Source: an uncultured Alphaproteobacteria bacterium (lineage in GTDB: Bacteria > Pseudomonadota > Alphaproteobacteria > RF32 > CAG-239). From it: a DNA stretch of 64,000 nt. The DNA is taken from NCBI GenBank assembly GCA_944391685.1, contig CALXUM010000011.1, forward strand, positions 4,919 through 68,918, given 5' to 3'. How positions within the stretch are numbered: the stretch's first letter is position 1; the number at the start of each line of letters is the position of its first letter. The position numbers were made by a program, and so were the translations under genes. Shown here in pieces: positions 45,346 to 53,267 of this stretch. Below the pieces are notes generated by a model, which saw nothing but the letters and a program-made list of their open reading frames with translations, made no database searches and was not told where the DNA came from.

Positions 45346-46605
45346 TTATATGTTCTTTTGCAAATGCTTTGATGTCTTTAGTGTCTTAATAATTCTTGGA
45401 ACCATAAATACAACTGTTTCTGATTTAGGCTTCTGTACTCCAAAAATTTCATTTGGAATACCAATAACTAAAAAGTTTTCACCTAAACGGCTTCTTATAT
45501 CAAATTGAGTAATTTCTCCATTTTTAGCCTCCAAGGTTATACTTGAAAAAATTTTGTCATTTTGTTCAAAAGAAGCTTTTGCCAATATAGAAAGATTGGT
45601 TTCCATAGAATTTCTATTGGCACATTTACCTATGTCAAAACGAGAAAACCATAAATTAGGAACTACAAATTTTCCTTCCGCTACCAAATTTACCTGAGCC
45701 TGTTGTCCCAAAAAATTTCTTAAACTATCTACATTAATATCATTTGAAGTTGTTAAAATACGCCCCAATACGCCTTGTTTAGTGCTTTTTATTGAGCCAA
45801 AATCAAATGTACTTAATAGTCTTTGCCATTCAATATCTTGATTGTTGTAAGGATATAGAGTGAAAACACGTACATCAAAAGCTATCAAAATAGGATTTTC
45901 TTCAAAGTATCCAATCAAATTTACAATTTGATTTTTTAATTCATAATCAGCATCAAAAGTTATTGTGTAATCATCAAAATCAGCCGTAAAATCTGTTATT
46001 CCGGCACCACGCAATACGTCAAGAATGGCTAACAATATAGGACGGGATTGTGGTACATAAAGACTGAAATTAGCCTTTCTGCTTATTCTCAAAGTTTTAC
46101 TGCTTGAATTATATGTATAATAAATCTCAGCAGCCTGAGTAATCATATCAACAACTTCTGTAAGCTCCCCTCTTAAATTTTCAGCCGATATACTTGCGTA
46201 AGGGGCATCTTTGGCAACTAATTTTATTCCCGCCTCCTTGGTAAGTTTAAGCAAAGCTTTTTCAGCAGGCATTGTTTCAAATGAAAAACCTGTAACCTCA
46301 AAACGAGGTAATAAATCATTGCGACCATTCCTTTGTAAATTAAAAGCTTTTATATTATAAGGAATTGTCGAAATCATTTGCTGAGTGTTCCAGTTAACAA
46401 AACAACGCAAAGGAGTTTCCAAATCAAGTTGATTTGCTCCTCTAGGAGTCCTTATTTCTGGATACGATGATTTTTCCATACTTGCTGTATATACGGGAGA
46501 TCTTGTTTCTTCAATGTTTGATATGTCAGAGGATTCTCGGTTGCTACCGCACGCTGGCGTAAAAAACAAAGCCAAAACAAACAAATATTTTAGTTGTGTC
46601 ATCAT
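45346..46605 (-). CDS. outer-membrane lipoprotein with secretin-like features (short, 419 aa)
   Basis: The lipobox is FFTPAC. An N0-like segment is present (MPAEKALLKLTKEAGIKLVAKD...LRGELTEVVDMITQAAEIYYTY). A beta-alpha-beta-beta-alpha-like segment follows. The secretin-style C-terminus is ETVVFMVPRIIKT. I did not see the canonical secretin-core Gly-rich motifs. Confidence 0.3.
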   Translation of the reverse strand: MMTQLKYLFVLALFFTPACGSNRESSDISNIEETRSPVYTASMEKSSYPEIRTPRGANQLDLETPLRCFVNWNTQQMISTIPYNIKAFNLQRNGRNDLLPRFEVTGFSFETMPAEKALLKLTKEAGIKLVAKDAPYASISAENLRGELTEVVDMITQAAEIYYTYNSSSKTLRISRKANFSLYVPQSRPILLAILDVLRGAGITDFTADFDDYTITFDADYELKNQIVNLIGYFEENPILIAFDVRVFTLYPYNNQDIEWQRLLSTFDFGSIKSTKQGVLGRILTTSNDINVDSLRNFLGQQAQVNLVAEGKFVVPNLWFSRFDIGKCANRNSMETNLSILAKASFEQNDKIFSSITLEAKNGEITQFDIRSRLGENFLVIGIPNEIFGVQKPKSETVVFMVPRIIKTLKTSKHLQKNI

Positions 46606-46609
46606 TGTC

Positions 46610-47173
46610 TTACTTTACTCCGTTAGGTCTGGAAACCTTGTCTTGTCGAGGCTGTTGTTTTTGTTGAGATATAAAATTTTGCTGTTGATTTCTAGGGCTT
46701 TGATTAGGTTGTTTATGTAATAATTTATCTACAACTTCATCCATTGACATACCAGCACCTATTGTTGGGTCAACAGATTTATCAATAGCCCCCAAAGCTT
46801 CTTTCATTTTGTTAAGCTCATCTTGATCTTGTTTAATCATTTCAGGAGAGGCGTTGTTTTTTAGTTCAGTCTTAAATTCGTTAAGATTCTTCTTCAAAGC
46901 ATTAATTCCGCCTGCCAATTTTTTTTCAACATATGAGTATAAATCAGGATGCGCAACAATATAATCACCTGTTTCACAGATTTCTTCAAGAATATCAAGA
47001 ATATAACCATAAAAAGGATATTCTTCCATGGCAATATTTCCTTGCCTAACACAGCGAGCAGCAATTCTTGAAATTGTACGATCATAATAATCTTTCAGCA
47101 AAACATAATTATCAACATACCAAACATCTCCGGCAATATTCTTACCGCTGCTGAAAGATTCATCGTTCTTCAT
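46610..47173 (-). CDS. hypothetical cytoplasmic protein
   Basis: It has no signal peptide and a Gln-rich tail. Its stop lies 4 nt before the start of the lipoprotein gene. Confidence 0.4.
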   Translation of the reverse strand: MKNDESFSSGKNIAGDVWYVDNYVLLKDYYDRTISRIAARCVRQGNIAMEEYPFYGYILDILEEICETGDYIVAHPDLYSYVEKKLAGGINALKKNLNEFKTELKNNASPEMIKQDQDELNKMKEALGAIDKSVDPTIGAGMSMDEVVDKLLHKQPNQSPRNQQQNFISQQKQQPRQDKVSRPNGVK

Positions 47174-47242
47174 TTATATTACTCCTTATAGCATATCTTT
47201 ATTATAATTTAATTTAGCAAAAAAGCTTTGTAAATTATTATT

Positions 47243-49411
47243 TTAATCTTGTAGGATACTATTTTTATATGGATCTTGTTTTATATCATTTTGAGCAGAG
47301 TCTTTTATTAAAGAATTATTTATGGTTGGTTGAATGAAATTACCACTTTTAAAAGATATAGGTTCATTAACTGCATTTTGAAAAAATAAGTTTCCACTAC
47401 ATATATAACTATTTTTATCAATAGGTTGCAAGTTATCATTGTTAAAATAAACATCTTGAGAATTAGCCTCTTCAACATATGCCCATTCCCAATCTTGTTC
47501 TTTAGAATTTTTATTTTCTTCAATATTGTTATTTGAGTCTGATGTCCCAAATCCCCAATCATCTTGAATATCATAAGAATATTCAGATAAAACATTGTCT
47601 GTTTGGCTGCTTATATCATTTGTTTCATTAAAAATCCATGAATTATTCTCTTCAGAAGAAAAATTTTCATTGTCGCTATTTTCAATAACGATATCTTGAT
47701 CTTGAATTTTTCCGCTTTCATCTTTTTCGTTTTTAAAATTTTCTTTTGAAATAGTTATAGGTAAATCTTCTTCAGCATTATTAATAGGAGATTCCTCACT
47801 AAAATCACCATCGTATGATCCTTTAAAATTAGCGGTTTCGGAATTTATAAATTTATCATTATTAGAGGTTTCTTTTTGAAAAATATCGTCATTAGCAGAA
47901 GAAACATTATCATCAGCAACCCTTATAAAACCTTCATCCAAAACAGATCCTATTGGATCTTTTTTATTTTTCTTTTTTTTCTTCTTTTTTTTCTTTTCTG
48001 CAACAACAGATACAGTGTTGATATTTTTTTCTAATAAATTTTCAGAAGAAAACTCTTTTTCATGATAGTTATTATCTTCATAATTTTGTTTTTGTAATAT
48101 CTCGTCATTAATTGGTAATGGATTGTTTATAACAACTGGTTTTTGGGCCATTGCTTCAATAATATTTTGTGTCGATATTTCTTGACTTTCTTTTATGGCC
48201 ATGGCAATAACAGAAGACAATTCTCGTGTTTGTTCCTTTATTGAAGTCCTGTAAAACTGTGATTGTGCAGACATTAAAGAATTAACCATGTTTTCCAAAT
48301 TGTTATTATTGGCGGCTTGAATTGAAGCAATTTTATCAACAATCATATTAATCTGAGGAGTATAATCTACTGTGTTAATTTGAATGTTATTTGCATTATT
48401 GTTATTAGCAGAAGCATTTCCAGAGTTGTTTTGTTGTATCATCATTTGAACAAGACGTTGTTGAGAAGTATTAATAAGTTTAGCAATTTCCAAAGTGTCT
48501 GTTTTTTGTCTCTCACTTATTACATTAAGTATCTTGCTAAAATTTTCTTGAGCTTTATTAAATTCTTTAGTCACTTCAAGACTGGATGAATTATTATTTT
48601 GTGTAGCTTCAACTTTAGCTAATCTGGTTACAATTTGCTGTTGGCTTTCTAAAAGCATTCTTATTAGGTGTTTTGTTTCCTCGCTTATTTTAGGTTGAGA
48701 AATTTGTCTTTCATAACCATCTTTATTAGTTTCTACACCCATTGCAGCTATCTTATTTTGAGATTCGCTTAGCATTTTCGCTATCGTTTTCATATCTTCT
48801 CGGCGTTCATTGTTTTCACTTTGCAAAACTTTAACAATTTCCAGCTGTGTTTGACCTAGCGTATTAATAATATTCTTAATTTCATCTCGTTGTTCTGAGT
48901 TGCTCTTTTGTAAAGCATTTGCTAAAACAACAGCAAATTCTTGTGCAAAATTTTTATCCATTGATGGATTGTTAGTAATATTTTGTGAAGCAGAAGAATA
49001 TGTCGTCGGAGAAATAGTTTGTTGAGATATTGGAGCTTGCAATTTTGTAGCTGCTTGTATTTGAGCTTCTGCTAAAGCTGTCGCTAAAATTTTAGCTTTA
49101 GAAACCTCATCGTCAGCAGCGTCAATATCTTTAGTTTCTTTTAATCGTGCAGATTTTTCTATACCAGCTTTTTCAGCCAACTCATCCACATAGTCCTGTA
49201 AAATTGCTCCTCCGGGTAAGGAGCTAAACAAACTCCTTATATCCACAGGTAAAGCAAGTAACATTTTATTGAAGGCTTCTTTCTTTTCAGCAGAAAAAAT
49301 ATGTAATTGTCTATAAATATTTAAAAAACGTTGAGCAACGATAACAGGGTCTTCTTCCCCGTTTCGTTGGGCCTTTCTCCTTGCTTCAGATGTCTTATTT
49401 TGCTCAAGCAT
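47243..49411 (-). CDS. large (722 aa) low-complexity Asn/Gln/Glu-rich protein of unknown function
   Basis: It has no signal peptide or TM segment, a poly-Lys run (KKKKKKKKKNKK, nt about 47960-47998) and an acidic Asn/Asp/Ser-rich C-terminal third. Confidence 0.45.
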   Translation of the reverse strand: MLEQNKTSEARRKAQRNGEEDPVIVAQRFLNIYRQLHIFSAEKKEAFNKMLLALPVDIRSLFSSLPGGAILQDYVDELAEKAGIEKSARLKETKDIDAADDEVSKAKILATALAEAQIQAATKLQAPISQQTISPTTYSSASQNITNNPSMDKNFAQEFAVVLANALQKSNSEQRDEIKNIINTLGQTQLEIVKVLQSENNERREDMKTIAKMLSESQNKIAAMGVETNKDGYERQISQPKISEETKHLIRMLLESQQQIVTRLAKVEATQNNNSSSLEVTKEFNKAQENFSKILNVISERQKTDTLEIAKLINTSQQRLVQMMIQQNNSGNASANNNNANNIQINTVDYTPQINMIVDKIASIQAANNNNLENMVNSLMSAQSQFYRTSIKEQTRELSSVIAMAIKESQEISTQNIIEAMAQKPVVINNPLPINDEILQKQNYEDNNYHEKEFSSENLLEKNINTVSVVAEKKKKKKKKKNKKDPIGSVLDEGFIRVADDNVSSANDDIFQKETSNNDKFINSETANFKGSYDGDFSEESPINNAEEDLPITISKENFKNEKDESGKIQDQDIVIENSDNENFSSEENNSWIFNETNDISSQTDNVLSEYSYDIQDDWGFGTSDSNNNIEENKNSKEQDWEWAYVEEANSQDVYFNNDNLQPIDKNSYICSGNLFFQNAVNEPISFKSGNFIQPTINNSLIKDSAQNDIKQDPYKNSILQD

Positions 49412-49490
49412 ACCAAACTTTTCTCAAATCACACTCTTTCCATATTAACCATGATATCTTAAATGATGTAAATTTCAGGTTAACAAAATA

Positions 49491-49519
49491 AAAGAACCAC
49501 CTAAATAAGGTGGTTCTTT
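49491..49519 (-). terminator. rho-independent terminator after the dual-HTH regulator gene
   Basis: The stem pairs aaagaaccacc with ggtggttcttt (11 bp) around a 7-nt loop. On the minus strand it is followed by tattttgtt. Confidence 0.6.
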
Positions 49520-49532
49520 AGAGCTTTTATTT

Positions 49533-50501
49533 TTATAAACTAATAAAAACAACCTTATGAGCGTGAAGCATTCCATCATTGCTTAAATCTATCTTTTCTT
49601 CAGGATTCCAACGAATGCCATATAATTGCCCATTGTCGTCTTCACGAATGGAAATAATTTTTGCTTCTTTTTCATTAATATAATAAACCGCGATATCTCC
49701 AACACTCACAACTTCCTGTGGATCAACATAAAAAACAGATCTCGTTGGCAACAAAGAACCTAAGCGTCTAGTACACAAATTAATCGCATAAGCATCTTTT
49801 TTGTTATATAAAGATGCCGGACGCTGAATCTTTTTAATTTCATCTTCAAAATCTATTATAATATTTCCGTCTTTTCCAGCTATTCCGTAAACCGATATTT
49901 TCATTCCCTCAGGAGAAGAAGCAAAAGATGCTATAGCTCCACGAGGGGTAGAGAGTAATTTGTATTTTGCATCATTTCTTTGAATTATTTCTTCAAGCAT
50001 TCCTTTGCTGTCTAAACTCTTAATTTCATCCTTTAATTCATCAACAGGCATTTTTAAAGCTTTGGCAATATTTTTAAATTCATTGTCAGAAACTTCTCTT
50101 TGACCCATTTCAATACGATGATAAACCGATAGTGTCATATCGGCACTCTCGGCGACTTCAATCAACGTAAGATTTTTATCATTTCGAATTTGCCTCAAAC
50201 CAGCACCCAAAGTTTTTAGGCCGGTTTTTTCATTAATTTTATTACGACGTTCTTGCTCTCTACGCCACGCTTGAACAATTTCTTGCTGAGAATTTTGTTC
50301 ATTAACAAATAATTCCTGTAAAGGACAATCTAAAAATTCAGCCACTCTAACAAGCTGCTCTTGATCAACTCTACGATAACCTTTTTCAATTTTAGAGATG
50401 GCAGATAAACTTACTCCCAAATGATCTGCCAATTCTTGCATTGAACGACCACGCAATCGACGATACATTCTAATTTGGTTAGGGAAAATTATTTCTTCCA
50501 T
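49533..50501 (-). CDS. transcriptional regulator with two XRE-type HTH domains and a LexA/CI (S24)-like C-terminal domain
   Basis: HTH 1 is IRMYRRLRGRSMQELADHLGVSLSAISKIEKGYRRV. HTH 2 is LRQIRNDKNLTLIEVAESADMTLSVYHRIEMGQREV. The C-terminus (AYAINLCTRRLGSLLPTRSVFYVDPQEVVSVGDIAVYY..EAKIISIRED..LYGIRWNPEE) follows the S24 layout, with a possible Ser (LGSLLP) and Lys (AKIIS). Confidence 0.6.
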   Translation of the reverse strand: MEEIIFPNQIRMYRRLRGRSMQELADHLGVSLSAISKIEKGYRRVDQEQLVRVAEFLDCPLQELFVNEQNSQQEIVQAWRREQERRNKINEKTGLKTLGAGLRQIRNDKNLTLIEVAESADMTLSVYHRIEMGQREVSDNEFKNIAKALKMPVDELKDEIKSLDSKGMLEEIIQRNDAKYKLLSTPRGAIASFASSPEGMKISVYGIAGKDGNIIIDFEDEIKKIQRPASLYNKKDAYAINLCTRRLGSLLPTRSVFYVDPQEVVSVGDIAVYYINEKEAKIISIREDDNGQLYGIRWNPEEKIDLSNDGMLHAHKVVFISL

Positions 50502-50642
50502 TTTAGACTACCTCACACAAAATATAACATCAAAGATATCTAACAGCATATTAAATGATAAGAAAAATTAATCAAGAAAATAGTACAAAAAAAGACAATT
50601 TGTGTACAAATAAGAATAAATTAATTGTGAGATATTAAAATC

Positions 50643-53219
50643 TTATATTTGATCCATTGTTCTGAATTCATACATATTTGCATCATTTGTTTCATGATGT
50701 CCTCGCAAATAATGCTCTATTTCTAAAGCTTTTTCTTCTCCAACCATTCCTTTTAATTCATTCCAAGGAATTTCATTAAATCGTTTTTGCTGATAATATC
50801 TTTGATATTCTGCAGATATTTTATAGTTAGATCTGACGCTCTTTTCGTCAATTTTCCCATCTCTGGTTCCATCTTTGGTTTTAAATAAAACTTTAGTATT
50901 TACAATGCCGTTTGAAGATAAAGCGATTCCTCTGCCTCGGGCATCAATTGTTATAAATTCTGTAGTCAAACGATTGTTTTCACCAAAACTTAGTTTGGCA
51001 ATTGTTTTTGATCCGTCAGCATTAATTTCTTCATATCCGATACATCTTCCTTTCTCATCATATAAAGCTTTTTGCTGAGAATACATTTTTTTATTTATGT
51101 TCATATTTGGCATTCTTTGTTGTATCAAATCTTTTACCGCAGCAATTGCCATCTTATCCCTTCCCTCAATATCACTGGGAACCATTAACAAATTTAAAGC
51201 CTTGTCTTTAATTTTTCCCCTGTAATCAAAAGCACGTGTTCCGGCAATAGAGTTTCTTACGATTGAATCTTTTATTCCTAAAATATTTCCGTTTTTGTCT
51301 TTATATATTTTTGATGTTGTACTGAAAATATCGTTTTTTATTTTTATTATTTCGGCTTCACCTATTTTTGTTCCAAACCCCCAATGACGTTTTCCGTCAG
51401 CTTGAACTTTTCCGGGGATCCAAGCCCTGTTAACTTTTTTTATGTTTTTAGCTAAAGTTATGCTTCCGTCATTATTTTCAGTTAAAACAAAAGCTTTTTT
51501 CCCAGAACGGGAAGTATAAGAGTAAGAGTTTCCAGATTTTAGACCTTTTCTTTTAGCTTTGTTTTCTTGATATTTTTTAACAGCATTTCTTCCAAAGGCT
51601 ACAGCTCCAAATGCAAAATCTTTTACCCCTCTGATAAAAGTCCTTTCCACTGCATTTCGCAAAGGTCTTGTCACTTTTAAGGTTGTATTTTTAGTGGCGG
51701 AACCAGCCATTGTTCCAATTTGACTTCCGATAGATGTGTTGGAAATACTTCCCGAGAAGTTACCGGCAAAATCTCTAGCTTCAGCCATAATCGCCCATAT
51801 TAAAATTAAAACAAAGCAAACTTCTAAAAAAGTAGTTGAAAACCAGGGAATATTTTTGAGAATAATTGTGGGATCGCCATATCCTTCAAATAAACTGTCC
51901 AAAGATTCGGTAGATTCTACTAAAATATTTTCAAAAGCAGTCGATAACATCAGAACAATTAAAGACATAAACAAAAAAGCAAACATAGAGTTTAAAAATG
52001 TTTCCCAAACTTTTTTAGTGTATTTTTGAGTACTCTTAAAAGCAAAAGCCCCTATCGCTAAAGGTAGCAATGCTCCGGCTATCGCAAGTTGAATAACTGC
52101 ATCAACCATTATAAAAGGTACCGCAATAATCATTACCATGGCACCAATCCACAAACCTAAACCGGTTAAAAAATACCCTAAATGAGGAACAATAAATACT
52201 TTATTTTCCCATGAATAACAAAGAGCAGAACTTCCCAGAGCCTTAACTCTGGCGGCCCTTTGCTGAATTAAAGTCATCGTGCAAATAATACTGTCACCCA
52301 TAGATTTTGGCAAAGCACCTTTTCCCAAAGCATCATCATAAATTTTAGTTTTAGGACAAGAGAATTTTTCAGCGTCTTTATTACTTGTTTTGTTGTATTC
52401 ACTTGCATTTCGTGGAGATAATGTAGCTTCAGCAATATTCATACCAGTTTGGAAGACTGGATTAAGTATCAAATTCATAAAAGATGAAACTCCTCCTTGT
52501 AGTAATAAAACTACTACCATAACCATAAAGGCCTGCTTAAAAACATTTTGAGCAAAATCCTTAAAATCACGAACCTCCAAGGTTGCTACAAAGTTTAATA
52601 CCGTAATAGCTAACCAAACAGCAAAAGCAACAATCACAATTTTAATCACTGAATCAGAAAAAATATTTATTGATTTTAGAGTCATCTTGCTGGCAGTATT
52701 AAAAGCCACCTCAAAAAGTCCGCAAAAAGTACATTCTTCTATTTGCTTATAATAACATGCAGGGCTACATTCATTTACTCCAGAACAAGAAGAAAAGTCA
52801 TCAATAAAATAAGGTTGGGTTAATTTGCTTATATATGGTGTTTCAATACGAGTAGCATCACGAGCAGGAATATTATCTTGTATGGATTTTTTTTCTATGG
52901 CTTCCATTTTTAACTCCCAAAGACATTTGTTTAGCTCTTCTCCTATCTTTCCCGCACAACGATTTACTGCTTCTCTTTCAACATATTGAGAAATAGTCAT
53001 AGTCATTTTTTCATTATGTTCTTTTACCTTTTTTTGTTCTTCAATAAAGCTAATTTCTTTATGATTTGAATTTTCTGTATCATTTTTTTTAGAAAGTTCA
53101 ATAATCTCTTCAATGCTAAGATCCGATTTTTGATTAAAATGTTGAGCATGAGCAATCGAAATCGCCGATAATACTACAATGCATAAAGTCAAAATAAATA
53201 TGTTAAATCTTTTGCTCAT
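50643..53219 (-). CDS. virB6: VirB6/TrbL-like polytopic membrane protein (paralogue 4 of 4 in transcription order) with a C-terminal hydrophilic extension of about 330 aa
   Basis: It has a signal peptide and a CxxC motif (ECTFCGLFEVAFNTAS). The paralogue-conserved block is FAVWLAITVLNFVATLEVRDFKDFAQNVFKQAFMVMVVVLLLQGG...LNPVFQTGMNIAE. It has six or more TM segments. The tail contains YKDKNGNILGI and YDEKGRCIGYEEINADGSKTI. Confidence 0.6.
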   Translation of the reverse strand: MSKRFNIFILTLCIVVLSAISIAHAQHFNQKSDLSIEEIIELSKKNDTENSNHKEISFIEEQKKVKEHNEKMTMTISQYVEREAVNRCAGKIGEELNKCLWELKMEAIEKKSIQDNIPARDATRIETPYISKLTQPYFIDDFSSCSGVNECSPACYYKQIEECTFCGLFEVAFNTASKMTLKSINIFSDSVIKIVIVAFAVWLAITVLNFVATLEVRDFKDFAQNVFKQAFMVMVVVLLLQGGVSSFMNLILNPVFQTGMNIAEATLSPRNASEYNKTSNKDAEKFSCPKTKIYDDALGKGALPKSMGDSIICTMTLIQQRAARVKALGSSALCYSWENKVFIVPHLGYFLTGLGLWIGAMVMIIAVPFIMVDAVIQLAIAGALLPLAIGAFAFKSTQKYTKKVWETFLNSMFAFLFMSLIVLMLSTAFENILVESTESLDSLFEGYGDPTIILKNIPWFSTTFLEVCFVLILIWAIMAEARDFAGNFSGSISNTSIGSQIGTMAGSATKNTTLKVTRPLRNAVERTFIRGVKDFAFGAVAFGRNAVKKYQENKAKRKGLKSGNSYSYTSRSGKKAFVLTENNDGSITLAKNIKKVNRAWIPGKVQADGKRHWGFGTKIGEAEIIKIKNDIFSTTSKIYKDKNGNILGIKDSIVRNSIAGTRAFDYRGKIKDKALNLLMVPSDIEGRDKMAIAAVKDLIQQRMPNMNINKKMYSQQKALYDEKGRCIGYEEINADGSKTIAKLSFGENNRLTTEFITIDARGRGIALSSNGIVNTKVLFKTKDGTRDGKIDEKSVRSNYKISAEYQRYYQQKRFNEIPWNELKGMVGEEKALEIEHYLRGHHETNDANMYEFRTMDQI

Positions 53220-53267
53220 AACTTTTATCCTTACAAATCAATGCTTTTTATTATTCCTGCTTTCCTC

